A stretch of DNA of 64,000 bases from Clostridia bacterium (GTDB lineage: Bacteria > Bacillota > Clostridia > RGIG7378): the NCBI GenBank assembly GCA_017559445.1, contig JAFYSJ010000026.1, forward strand, positions 1,908 to 65,907, given 5' to 3'. Both the position numbers and the translations under genes were made by a program. The notes below the pieces were generated by a model, which saw only the letters and a list, made by a program, of their open reading frames with translations, made no database searches and had not been told where the DNA came from. Of the stretch, positions 1 through 10,700 are shown piece by piece. How positions within the stretch are numbered: the first letter of the stretch is position 1; every line of letters starts with the position of its first letter.

Positions 1-169
1 GTCAGAAGGGAGATGATGAGACAGAAACTCAGGGCGAAAATTAAATAGAATAAACTCCAAGAGCCTGTGGCTATTTTATGTAGCTGCAGGCCCTTGCTTT
101 TGGTTGCTTTTGTGCCCCAAAAACCTTATAATATCGACAACTTTTACTTAAAAAACAGGAGAGTTTTCA

Positions 170-1585
170 ATGAAGTTGGATCGCTTTTTTAAGCTGTCGG
201 AGCGCGGAACTACAGTTAAGATTGAGTTCATCGCAGGCATGACCACATTCTTCTCAATGGTTTACATCCTAATGATCAACGCAAACATGTTTGCAGATCC
301 ATTTAGCGATGGTTCTAACCCCTTGGGTGTTTCCTACGGAGCTATTTACATTGCCACTGCTATTTCCGCTGTATTGGGAACGACATTGGCAGGCCTTTTG
401 TCCAACATGCCTTTGGCCATGGCTAGCGGTATGGGACTTAACGCCTTCTTTGTTTACACAGTATGCTTGGGCTTTGGCCTTTCATACGCTAATGCTCTGG
501 TTCTCATTTTCTTTGAGGGATTGTTCTTCATCCTTTTGACAGCAACAGGCCTTCGCAAAAAGATTTTTGAAGCTTTGCCAGAGGCTGTTTTGTCAGCTAT
601 GCCTTCTGGAATCGGTTTGTTCATCGCATTCTTGGGCCTCCAAAATGCAGGTATCGTTATTAACAACCCTTCCACATGCGTAGACCTTGCTTCCTTTAAC
701 TTGTTGGTTAAGGACTGGAGCGACATCATGCCAATGGTTGTTACTATTTGTACTCTCCTTGCTATTGCAATCATGTCCCACAAGAAGGTTCGTGGTTCCG
801 TTCTCATCGGTATTATCGGCGGTATGGCTATGTACTACCTCTTGGGACTTACAGTGGATGGTTTCTATGCAAACATGAGCTTGAACCTTATTAGCCCTGT
901 GGAGGCTTTCCAGGAGTTCGGCCAGGAGTCATTCCTTGCAGTTTTCCTTAAGGGTTTTGATTTCTCAGAGTTCATCGCAAAGCACGGCATTGGAAACTTG
1001 GCTCTCACAATTGCTACAACAGCCTTGGCTTTCTGCATGGTAGACATGTTCGACACACTTGGCACTTTGTATGCAGCATGTGAAAGAGCAGACCTTTTGG
1101 ACGAAAAGGGCGAGCCAATTAACATGAACAAGGGTATGTTGTCTGACGCTATTGCAACTACAATTGGTGCAGTTTGTGGTACATCTACAGTTACAACATT
1201 CAGTGAAGTTAACGCAGGTGTTGCAGCAGGTGGTCGCTCTGGTTTGACATCTGTTTTCTGCGGAGCATTCTTCTTTGTGGCTATGTTCTTGAGCCCCATC
1301 GCTCAGTTGGTTCCAAGCTGTACAACAGCAGCTGCTCTTATCTATGTAGGTATCCTCATGATGGGTTCTATCCGCAAGGTAAACTGGGACAACCTTAAGG
1401 TGGCAGTTCCTGCATTCCTCACTTTGGCAGCTATGCCATTTACATACAACATTTCATACGGTATTGCATTTGGTATGATCTCCTATGTTGTAATTAGCTG
1501 CTTCTGTGGCGACTTTAAGAAGATCAAGGGCGGTACATGGATTATCACAATTCTGTTCATCGCAATGCTTCTTTTGACACACTAA
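170..1585 (+). CDS. NCS2/AzgA-family purine (guanine/hypoxanthine) permease
   Basis: 471 aa polytopic membrane protein with AzgA/PbuG-type motifs (E-x-x-AG-x-TTF, GMGLNAFF, DMFDTLGT, GTSTVTTFSE, GGRSGLT); AGGAG RBS. Confidence 0.9.
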   Translation: MKLDRFFKLSERGTTVKIEFIAGMTTFFSMVYILMINANMFADPFSDGSNPLGVSYGAIYIATAISAVLGTTLAGLLSNMPLAMASGMGLNAFFVYTVCLGFGLSYANALVLIFFEGLFFILLTATGLRKKIFEALPEAVLSAMPSGIGLFIAFLGLQNAGIVINNPSTCVDLASFNLLVKDWSDIMPMVVTICTLLAIAIMSHKKVRGSVLIGIIGGMAMYYLLGLTVDGFYANMSLNLISPVEAFQEFGQESFLAVFLKGFDFSEFIAKHGIGNLALTIATTALAFCMVDMFDTLGTLYAACERADLLDEKGEPINMNKGMLSDAIATTIGAVCGTSTVTTFSEVNAGVAAGGRSGLTSVFCGAFFFVAMFLSPIAQLVPSCTTAAALIYVGILMMGSIRKVNWDNLKVAVPAFLTLAAMPFTYNISYGIAFGMISYVVISCFCGDFKKIKGGTWIITILFIAMLLLTH

Positions 1586-1605
1586 AATAGAAAAAGGCAA
1601 AAGAT

Positions 1606-1638
1606 AAAGGGCTATCCTGGTTGGGGTAGTCCTTTTTT
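1606..1638 (+). terminator. Intrinsic terminator
   Basis: AAAGGGCTATCC...GGGTAGTCCTTTTTT hairpin plus T-run after the permease. Confidence 0.7.
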
Positions 1639-1862
1639 AGTGGTGTGGTGTCTTAATTCTCGTAAATTTTAGGCGAGCTAAAAAATCTGTTAGATGAGGT
1701 TCATTATTTCCACTGATGTAATCAAAGATAACCGGTGGGATAAATATTTTAGAAGTTCTCGATTCAAACACTTTTCTGCACTATTCTGCAATAACACTCG
1801 ATTATTGTCGATTTTTGTTCTATAATAAAAATGTATTGTTATATCTATCAGGAGTCATAAAA

Positions 1863-2057
1863 ATGCAAGAAATAAATCAGATCCCCGAACGTTGGTATTC
1901 CACTAAAGAAATGTGCGCCTACCTCGGTGTAACGCGTGATACTCTGCTTACATGGATAAACGAAAAAGGTATGCCTGCCCATAAGGTTGGCCGTGGATGG
2001 AAGTATAAGCCCAGCGAGGTCGATGAATGGATTAAAAGTGGAAAGGCTGCCGAATAA
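1863..2057 (+). CDS. Excisionase-like helix-turn-helix DNA-binding protein (probable RM regulator)
   Basis: MQEINQIPERWYSTKEMCAYLGV...GMPAHKVGRGWKYKPSEVDEW, HTH_17 pattern; ATG at 1863 follows AGGAG; such genes commonly precede type I RM operons. Confidence 0.8.
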   Translation: MQEINQIPERWYSTKEMCAYLGVTRDTLLTWINEKGMPAHKVGRGWKYKPSEVDEWIKSGKAAE

Positions 2058-2060
2058 TAT

Positions 2061-2639
2061 ATGGGAAAACAAATTATAGATTTAATCGGTGAATTCGTTT
2101 CCATATCTGGTAATTCGACTGTTGATAGCATTATTTTTGCAATCATAGGAACAATATCGTTTTTGGTTGCTTTCGGAATTGTGGGGTGGTTGTTTGATGC
2201 CATTGGAAGATACGATTCCGACTTGATGAGCGACGCTCATTGGATTATCCGAGTTTTGGTCTTTGCTGGATTGACTTGGCTTGGCGTAAAAATTGCTCAC
2301 CTTATAAAATGGCTGTTCAGTTTTCAATGGTGGATATATGTGATAACCGGCGTTGTTTTTGTTGGAATAATCATTTTGATTTATTACATTAAATCACGCG
2401 TGTCGAAAAATAATACCTATTCTGCCCCAACTATTGAAGCTTCCAAGATTGGAACCACAGCACAATCCGAAGAAAAAGAAGAACCGCAGGTAGTGATGAC
2501 AATTAATAAAGCAGACGATAGATATTACTGTCCACGTTGTCACTCAAAATTAGTCAAACGACACGGTCCATACGGCGACTTCTACGGATGTGAATCGTAT
2601 GGCAAAACCGGATGCAGATATACCCGCAAGTTTTTATGA
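2061..2639 (+). CDS. Membrane protein with C-terminal topoisomerase-type C4 zinc ribbon
   Basis: About 3 hydrophobic helices, a linker, then CPRC...LVKRHGPYGDFYGC...C, matching the zf-C4_Topoisom pattern. Confidence 0.7.
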   Translation: MGKQIIDLIGEFVSISGNSTVDSIIFAIIGTISFLVAFGIVGWLFDAIGRYDSDLMSDAHWIIRVLVFAGLTWLGVKIAHLIKWLFSFQWWIYVITGVVFVGIIILIYYIKSRVSKNNTYSAPTIEASKIGTTAQSEEKEEPQVVMTINKADDRYYCPRCHSKLVKRHGPYGDFYGCESYGKTGCRYTRKFL

Positions 2640-2660
2640 GAGAAAAAGGAACTAACCACC

Positions 2661-4268
2661 ATGGCAAAAGCAAAAAAAACAGAAGAAAAAATAAATCTTG
2701 ATTCGATATTGTTCAAGTGTCGTGATATACTGCGCGCGGCTCGTAATTCGGGCTCATTCTTTGAGAAACGCGATATGATGCTTACGCTTGTCTTTTTGCG
2801 CTTTATTGGCGAGAAGTTCGAGGACGGCGTTAAAAAACTCCGTCAGAATCTTATTGCACAGGGACTTGACCCCGACGATGAAGAAATCTTCGCAGCGTTC
2901 TTTGATGACGCTACTTTTACCGACGGTACATATAACCTTCCCGTTGAAGCTCGTTGGTCTACTATCATCAATACGCCTGCGCCCGGGCTCAACGTTGCCC
3001 TTGATACCGCCCTTCACAGCATTGCTACTAGCAGTAAGCAGCTCAAGGGATGCTTTGTAGAGGGCACTTTCACCACGCGCAATCTTGCCGCAAACGATAT
3101 CAAAAAGATCGTTGATGAGGTTAACAAGATTAGCCACAAAGCATTTGGAGAAGAAAAGGATCTCATTGGACGTGTATATGAGTATTTTCTCAAGGAATTT
3201 GCTGTCAATGCAACCAAGGAGGAAGGAGAGTTCTATACACCTCACGATGTGGTACAGTTGATTGCGGCTATGATTGAGCCTTTCGATGGCACACTCTATG
3301 ACCCTTGCTGCGGTTCAGGCGGTATGTTCGTTCAGAGTGCCGACCTTATTAAAGAAAAGAAAGGCGACATCAGCCGTATCAACATTTACGGTCAGGAAAA
3401 AGAGCCTGCAACCTACCGTCTTGCAAAAATGAACCTCGCCCTGCGCGGTATTAGCCACAACCTTGGTGAAGAAGCTGACTCGACCTTTACACACGACTTA
3501 CACAAGGGCATTTACTTCGATTACATTATGGCAAATCCTCCCTTCAACCTTAAAGGTTGGTATGACGAGAACCTCAAAAATGACTCTCGTTGGCAGGACT
3601 ATACAACACCTCCCGAAAGCAACGCAAACTATGCGTGGATTCTTCATATGCTATCACACTTGAGAGCGAACAAGGGCGTAGCAGGATTTCTTCTTGCCAA
3701 CGGTGCTCTCGGTGATAGTGATACTGTTGAAATTCGCAAAAAGCTTATCGAGAAAGATAAGGTTGAAGCCATCATTATTCTTCCTCGTGAGTTATTCATT
3801 ACCACAGATATTAGCGTTACCCTTTGGATTCTAAATGAGAACAAAGAGGGCGGCGAGTACCACGGCAGAAAACTTCGCAATCGCGAGGATGAAATTCTCT
3901 TTATGGATCTTCGTACATGGACAGAAAATCCTGTAAAGAATGCAAATAAAAAGAAAGTAGAGTTAATCGATACACAGATTAAAAAAGCAGCAGATATCTA
4001 TCATGCTTGGCAAAGTGAAGGAACTGATGGGGCTAATTATGCTGTTCCAGAACTATATCGCAGTGTAAATAAAGATACTATTAAAGGCCAGAACTGGAGC
4101 CTTGTTCCCAGTAAATATATTGAATTCATAGATCACGACTTGGATATAGATTTCAATGTGGAAATGAGCCGTATTCAGGCAGAAATGCGCAACGTTCTTG
4201 CACAGGAGAAGCAGTCTCAAAAGATGCTTGAAGATGCTTTCAGGGGGATTGGATATGGCATTGAATAA
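2661..4268 (+). CDS. hsdM: Type I restriction-modification methyltransferase subunit M
   Basis: GEFYTP, YDPCCGSGGMF (motif I), NPPF (motif IV, N6-adenine MTase). Confidence 0.95.
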   Translation: MAKAKKTEEKINLDSILFKCRDILRAARNSGSFFEKRDMMLTLVFLRFIGEKFEDGVKKLRQNLIAQGLDPDDEEIFAAFFDDATFTDGTYNLPVEARWSTIINTPAPGLNVALDTALHSIATSSKQLKGCFVEGTFTTRNLAANDIKKIVDEVNKISHKAFGEEKDLIGRVYEYFLKEFAVNATKEEGEFYTPHDVVQLIAAMIEPFDGTLYDPCCGSGGMFVQSADLIKEKKGDISRINIYGQEKEPATYRLAKMNLALRGISHNLGEEADSTFTHDLHKGIYFDYIMANPPFNLKGWYDENLKNDSRWQDYTTPPESNANYAWILHMLSHLRANKGVAGFLLANGALGDSDTVEIRKKLIEKDKVEAIIILPRELFITTDISVTLWILNENKEGGEYHGRKLRNREDEILFMDLRTWTENPVKNANKKKVELIDTQIKKAADIYHAWQSEGTDGANYAVPELYRSVNKDTIKGQNWSLVPSKYIEFIDHDLDIDFNVEMSRIQAEMRNVLAQEKQSQKMLEDAFRGIGYGIE

Positions 4269-5382
4269 GTGTACACTGGGTGAGCATATTGAACTGCGAG
4301 AGATTGTAAATTCAGATTTATCATTCGGTATCAATTCGGTTCGCGGTGTTAATAATTTGAAATTTCTGATGTCCACCAAAGCAGATTTGAACGGCAGAGA
4401 TTTGTCAAAGTTTCAAATTGTATATCCGGGGGAATTTGTATTTAATCATAGAACATCGAGAAATGGAAGTAAATTCAGTATTGCCCGTAATAATGAAGAT
4501 TCGCCCATAATATGCACCGAGGATTATGTTGTTTTTCGAGTCAAGGAATGTTCTCGTACAATTCTTATGGCAGAATGGTTGTATATGTTTCTCAACCGTT
4601 CTGAATTTGATCGCTATGTAATAACCAATTCTTGGGGAAGCTCAACGGAGTTCTATAACTGGGAAGATCTCTGTGCTGTTGAACTGGAATTGCCTTCGTT
4701 ATCAATACAGCAGAAGTATGTTGATATCTATAACGCAATGGTTGCAAATCAGCAAAGCTACGAGCGCGGATTAGAAGATTTAAAGCTCGTCTGTGATGGA
4801 TATATAGAGGATTTGCGCAGAAAGATGCCTTGCGAAAAAATAGGACAGTATATTCAGCAAAAAAATGAGAGAAACAGTGATAAATGTATTGATTTTGTTA
4901 TGGGTTTAAGTACAAAGAAAGAGTTTAGGGAAGCCCAAAGTCGTGTTAACCGTGATGAGTTGGGTAATTACAAAATTGTAAATCCGTATGATATAGCTTT
5001 TGTGCCAACAACAGACACTTGGAAAGTGCTTGCTTTTGCTGTTAATAGATTTGATAGATCATTGGTTGTATCTCCGATATATGAAGTTTTTTCTGTTGAT
5101 CAAACGAAATTATTGTCCCAATATCTTGCTATTTGGCTTTCGAGAAAAGAGTTTGATAGATATGCAAGATTCAATTCTTGGGGTTCTGCAAGAGAAAACT
5201 TTTCTTTTGAAGATATGCGAGATGTTAAAATTCCCATTCCTGATATAGAGGTACAAAAATCTATTGTAGATATATACAATGCATACATTATGAGGAAAGA
5301 AATCAACGAGCAACTAAAAATTCAAATCAAAGACATCTGCCCGATACTGATTCAGGGTTCATTGGAGGAAGATAAAGCATAA
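4255..5382 (+). CDS. hsdS: Type I RM specificity subunit S
   Basis: Two TRD plus conserved-region repeats (LPSLSIQQKYV; IPIPDIEVQKSIV); ATG at 4255 overlaps the hsdM end. Confidence 0.9.
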   Translation: MALNKCTLGEHIELREIVNSDLSFGINSVRGVNNLKFLMSTKADLNGRDLSKFQIVYPGEFVFNHRTSRNGSKFSIARNNEDSPIICTEDYVVFRVKECSRTILMAEWLYMFLNRSEFDRYVITNSWGSSTEFYNWEDLCAVELELPSLSIQQKYVDIYNAMVANQQSYERGLEDLKLVCDGYIEDLRRKMPCEKIGQYIQQKNERNSDKCIDFVMGLSTKKEFREAQSRVNRDELGNYKIVNPYDIAFVPTTDTWKVLAFAVNRFDRSLVVSPIYEVFSVDQTKLLSQYLAIWLSRKEFDRYARFNSWGSARENFSFEDMRDVKIPIPDIEVQKSIVDIYNAYIMRKEINEQLKIQIKDICPILIQGSLEEDKA

Positions 5383-6152
5383 TGACAGATTGCGAAAAAT
5401 TAAAAGACATAATTGGCGAAATAGATGTTTTGATATCTAAGGAAGTAACATCTTCCGATTCCAATTTTCAAGCATGGAAAACAAAGGCAGAGCGTTTTTT
5501 AATAAAGAAGTATGGAAAAAACGGATTAGAATACGAAAAATTTGTAAAAACACACTTTTCATTGATGATTTTTGTTGGTGGAACACCACATTCAGAGTTT
5601 GTAGAAGCCTGCAGAAAGGGATTGAGAACTACTAAGGCGGTTTTTCTCACATATTTATCGGAATTGGAAGAAGATACCGTTACACAACAGCCTCAGATTG
5701 CTTCTAATGTTAATTTAACTTATAGCAAGGTGTTTGTTGTTCACGGACATGACGGTGAATTAAAACAATCCGTTGCAAGAATTATTGAAAAACAAGGAAT
5801 TGAAGCAATTATCTTGTCCGAGCAAGCCAACAAAGGACGTACAATCATTGAAAAGTTTGAAGACTATAGTGATGTAAGCGGAGCAATCTGTCTGTTTACT
5901 GCTGATGATTATGGCAGAGCCAAAAAGGACGAGACATATAATACCCGTGCAAGACAGAACGTGGTTTTGGAAACAGGTTACTTTATGGGCAAACTCGGCA
6001 GAGATCACGTTGTTCTTTTGGCAGACAAAGATATCGAAATGCCTTCTGATTTGTCGGGTTTTGTATATACTGACACAAATAATTGGGAAATTGATTTGTT
6101 AAAGGAACTCAAGGCAATGGGATATGATGTTGATTTTAACAAGTTCTTTTAA
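5382..6152 (+). CDS. TIR-like nucleotide-binding domain protein (Cap12/Pycsar-type TIR)
   Basis: KVFVVHGHD...TIIEKFE...AICLFTADD...RARQNVVLETGYF...PSDLSG motifs; translationally coupled to hsdS (TAATG). Confidence 0.85.
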   Translation: MTDCEKLKDIIGEIDVLISKEVTSSDSNFQAWKTKAERFLIKKYGKNGLEYEKFVKTHFSLMIFVGGTPHSEFVEACRKGLRTTKAVFLTYLSELEEDTVTQQPQIASNVNLTYSKVFVVHGHDGELKQSVARIIEKQGIEAIILSEQANKGRTIIEKFEDYSDVSGAICLFTADDYGRAKKDETYNTRARQNVVLETGYFMGKLGRDHVVLLADKDIEMPSDLSGFVYTDTNNWEIDLLKELKAMGYDVDFNKFF

Positions 6153-6214
6153 GTATATAGCATAAAAAATGCTGCATAAAAGACCCGTAATTTACAATAA
6201 TTGGAGGCAAATAA

Positions 6215-7753
6215 ATGATTTTAGATGTTATGCAATCAATAAGTCAACGTTGCAAATATCCTATTAGTTCTAAGATGGATGGATATATCGATCATGTTTT
6301 GGAAGCGTTTCCCGACAGATGTTGTTTTGTAACTACAGATGCAATTTTTGCACAATGTTTTCGAAAAAGTGAATATGCGAGTAGTTATTATATTACGGCT
6401 GTTTTTGATTTATCACAGGTTTTTTTGCTATATACAACCGTAAGAATGTCTCTTTACGTTCTCTCTAAGAAAGAATCAAAAATTGTAAAAACTGGAGTGT
6501 ATACTGGAAAGTTAGTCTCGAATAAGAAAAAAGCAGATGTAACGGGTAAAGAAATTTGTATTGAGGTACTCGATAATATTCCTGGAGAATATAAAGAATA
6601 TTGTAATTTAATTAATCAATGGGTTAATAAGGGTGGGTTCACTCCTTGTGACTCAGATTATTATGAATTTAATGCGATAGAACGTGGTGATTTTGATGTT
6701 GAAAAGGCTACGGCCCAAAGATATACAAAACAAGTATTTGAAGTTTTTGATTTGTTAAAAACAGAGAAAACAGTGACGTTATCCGATATTGCCGAGATTA
6801 TTGTTCCTCAAAGAAAGCAAATAGATAAAGGATATTCCTTAAATATAAAGTGTCTAAAATACCCTTTTAGTCGTAATGATTTGCAAAAAGGTGCAAAAAC
6901 GGATTTGTTAGTTAAAAAGGGAGACATTATTTATTGTTCAAATGATTTGTTGTATCTTGTTAACTCGAATCTTGAGAATGTGTATGTTTCTCCTTCGATG
7001 AAAATAATAAGACCTTTTGATGGTGCCTTGGCAGAATATCTATATGTTTATTTGAATAGTGATACAGCAAAAATCATTAGAGATGCATTAAGTGTTGGAA
7101 CAGTATTACATTATTTGCCTTTAAGAGATTTGTCAACTTTTCCAGTTATTGAACCACCTAAAGACGTGAGTGAATATAAACAAATTTTTGAGACGATATA
7201 TTCGGAATCTGAAGAAAAAAATGTAAACGAGTTGGTTAGATTGGTTTCTAACATTACAGGTGGGCGTACAACATTAGAAGGAACTTTACTAAAAGAACAA
7301 GCAAAAAAAATAAGACTTATCAAGGATCCCCAAGTAAGGCAAATTATTACGGATGATATTGATGAATTAAAGATTTGTTATGAAAATGGCGCGTATAAGG
7401 CAACTTTAGTACTTGCAGGTTCAATATTAGAAGCGTTTCTAATTGATTGGCTCGGTAATGTTCATAATAGGGATTACTACAATCAAGATTACTATGTATT
7501 AGATCGTAGAGACCCTTCAAAAACCAAAAAAGCTGATCTGTTAGATTTTATTGATGCAATTGCAGAGATAAAAAAACCGGATTGGATGGAAGAACAAAGT
7601 AAAGCCCACCATATTCGCGACAAACGCAATTTAGTCCATGCAAAATTATGCATGAAAAGAAATCAGCAAATAAATGAAACAACCTGTAAAATGGTTATTG
7701 ATTATCTAATTGAGATTATTTCAACAAGATATAAAAATTTCGCACAAAGATAA
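6215..7753 (+). CDS. Degenerate MTase C-terminal/TRD-like region fused to a HEPN-like domain
   Basis: ITAVFDL...LYTTVRMSLYVLSK resembles the HsdM C-terminus; KGDII...AEYLYVYLNS...GTV...LSTFPVIEPP resembles a TRD; the C-terminus has YKATLVLAGSILE...RNLVH (HEPN Rx4-6H pattern). Visibly AT-rich. Confidence 0.6.
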   Translation: MILDVMQSISQRCKYPISSKMDGYIDHVLEAFPDRCCFVTTDAIFAQCFRKSEYASSYYITAVFDLSQVFLLYTTVRMSLYVLSKKESKIVKTGVYTGKLVSNKKKADVTGKEICIEVLDNIPGEYKEYCNLINQWVNKGGFTPCDSDYYEFNAIERGDFDVEKATAQRYTKQVFEVFDLLKTEKTVTLSDIAEIIVPQRKQIDKGYSLNIKCLKYPFSRNDLQKGAKTDLLVKKGDIIYCSNDLLYLVNSNLENVYVSPSMKIIRPFDGALAEYLYVYLNSDTAKIIRDALSVGTVLHYLPLRDLSTFPVIEPPKDVSEYKQIFETIYSESEEKNVNELVRLVSNITGGRTTLEGTLLKEQAKKIRLIKDPQVRQIITDDIDELKICYENGAYKATLVLAGSILEAFLIDWLGNVHNRDYYNQDYYVLDRRDPSKTKKADLLDFIDAIAEIKKPDWMEEQSKAHHIRDKRNLVHAKLCMKRNQQINETTCKMVIDYLIEIISTRYKNFAQR

Positions 7754-7792
7754 CTGCACATTTTTTAGAAGAAGTTGCATACGGAGGTAGAA

Positions 7793-10700
7793 ATGGCAAA
7801 CTTACAAAACTACAATGGACGCTATTGCGAATCGCAATTTGAATATGCATTTCTTTCCTTTTTAGAAGCAGAGGGATGGCACTATTTGCATGGTAATAGC
7901 ATTCCACGCGAAAATAAAACTGCAGTTTTGTATGCGGATGATATGGAACAGTTTTTGAGCAAAACCAATGCGGATCTGACAGCTGACGAAATCCATCAGA
8001 TTATGGACAAAGTGCGCCTTGTGGGTGCAGAGAGCGAGTTCTCTACGCTTCATACGGTGTACGGATGGATGGTTGACGGCGTGCAGTTTGTTCCTCAAAG
8101 CGGACTTGCTCGTATGGTTGCGCTCATTGACTTTGAGCACCCCGAAAACAATATCTTCCGTGCCGTGAATCAGTTTACTGTCGAATATATCAACAACGGA
8201 CAGAAGGAGAACCGCCGTCCCGATATTCTTCTGTATGTCAACGGTATGCCTCTGTGTATCATCGAGCTCAAGAACCCTGCTGATGCCAATGCGACGATTT
8301 TTGATGCCTATGAGCAGATCACCATTCGTTATTGGCGCGATATTCCTCATCTTCTGCATTACTGTCCTTTGGCGTGTATTTCCGACGGTGTGAAGACGCG
8401 CCTCGGTACTGTTCGTACTCCTTACGAGCATTTCTATGCTTGGCGTCGTGTCAATGATGGGGACAAGGTATCCACACTTCCTTTCGACGAGCTTGAAACG
8501 ATGATCAAGGGTGTTTACGCACCTGCAAGATTCCTTGAAATCTTCCGTGACTATATTTATTTCCAAGATCGCGAATACGACAGCGATGAAAAAGAAATCG
8601 TATGTCGTTATCCGCAGTTCTTTGCCGCACGTTTGCTCAAGCAAAGTATCGTAAAATCCGTTATGGAAAAGAGCGGCAAGGGTGGTACATATTTTGGCGC
8701 AACAGGATGCGGTAAGACCTACACGATGGCTTTCCTTGCCCGTCAGCTCGCATTGCGTTGTACCGACGTTCCCGAGATAGGTTCTCCCACCATTGTTATG
8801 ATCGTTGACCGAGAGGAACTGCAAAAGCAGGGTGCTAAGCTCTTCACCAAGAGCAAGGAATTCTTGAACCTCGGTGAAGTAAGCATTGTGCCTACTCGTA
8901 AAAAGCTCCGTGAGGAACTTGGCGCACGTGAAAGCGGTGGTTTCTATATTTGTACTATTCAGAAGTTCTGCGACCGCGAGGATGACAAAATCGGTCTGAT
9001 CAATGACCGTGCAAACATTATATGCTTCTCCGATGAGGCGCACAGAACACAGCTTGAACACGCTAAAACGCTCAAGTTCAGCAAGGACACCGATGAAAAT
9101 ATGAAAGCTATGGTGTCAAAACCTTATGCAAAGGTTTTGAAGGAGGCTCTTCCCAATGCTACGTTCGTTGGCTTTACGGGTACGCCTATTTCCGAAACCT
9201 ATCAGACCTTCGGTGATGAGATTGACCGCTATACGATGGATCAGGCGGTTGCCGACGGATTGACTGTATCGATCAAATATCATCCTCGTATTGCCAAGGT
9301 GCTTTTGGATCAGCAGAAGGTTCAGGAGATCGAAGCATACTACAAGAAATGCTTCGACGAGGGCGCCACCGAAGAAGACGTTGAAGCAAGTAAGAAGGCA
9401 ATGAGCTCAATGGAAGTTATCCTCGGCGAGCCTTCTCGATTGGAGCGTCTTGCGACGGACATCCACGATCACTACGTGGCCGCTTGTGATAACGATCCCA
9501 ATAGAGTGCAAAAAGCAATGGTGGTTTGTTCAAGCAGACCGATTGCATACGCACTTTTAAAGAAATTCCAAGAAAAATATCCCGAATGGTTCATTGAAAA
9601 GAAAACTCCCGACGGCGTGAACGTATCCACCGAGGAATTGAATAAGCTGAAGCCGATGCCGTTTATGGCTATGGTTGCGAGTGTTGGCAAAAACGATGAG
9701 CCGGATTTATATAACTATCTTGGCGGTGTCAAGAATGGCTCTCGCTCCGAGGAGCTTGATGCGGCGTTCAAGCAGGAACATTCTAACCTCCGTATCGTAA
9801 TTGTTGTAGATATGTGGATTACAGGATTTGATGTGCCTTCTCTGACTTATATGTATAACGACAAGCCTCTGAAGAAACACTTGTTGATTCAGACGATCAG
9901 CCGTGTTAACCGAAAGTATCCCGGCAAGGATTATGGTATTATCGTTGATTATATCGGAATTCGTGACAATATGCGCGAGGCGATAAAGGTATATGGTGGT
10001 GGTAGTTCCGTGGCACCTACTGTTGACGATATTGAACAGGCAACCGAGGTATTCAGAGAACATATGGAGGTTCTCAAGGATTTGTTTAAGGGATATGACC
10101 TTGCACCGTTCCTTGATCCCGAAGGAGATCCTGCTCTGCGTTACAGACTCTTGGCAAAAGCGGCCGAATACGTGTTTATCTCGACACAGGAGCTGAATAC
10201 GCAAAATAACAGCGGAAAGAATGTTCAAAAGGTATCGTTCAAGACATATTTTCTTAAAACCGTTAAGAGAATGCGTACTGCATATGATATTTGCCAGCCT
10301 TCGGGTGAACTTGGTGAGGAAGAATCTGCGCTTGCGCAGTGCTTTATGGCAATAGCTGGATTTGTCCGCAAGATGAGTGGCACAAGCGAAGTTGACGCAG
10401 ATACTATGAACCGTTATGTTTCCAAAATGGTTGAAGAAGCCTTGAAATATAACGAGGTCGAAAGCGTCCTTGAAGATGGTGAACAAGAGGATATCTTCAG
10501 CCCTGAATATTTTGAGAAGCTTTCTGATGTTAAAATGCCGGCGTCCAAACTCGAAATACTCGTAAAGATGCTTCGCAAGCAGATTAAGGAATATGGCAAG
10601 ACCAATCAAATGGCAGCGAAGAAATTCCAAGAGATGCTAGAAGAAACCATTAAACAGTATCACGAAAGAAGAAAGCACCTTACTGCAGAAGAAGCGGGAG

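Noticed and set aside
1-169. Purine riboswitch upstream of the NCS2 permease
   Set aside because: The conserved aptamer core (TATGG...TTTCTACC...CCGTAAA...GACTA) is not present; the hairpin near 62-91 looks like an upstream terminator.
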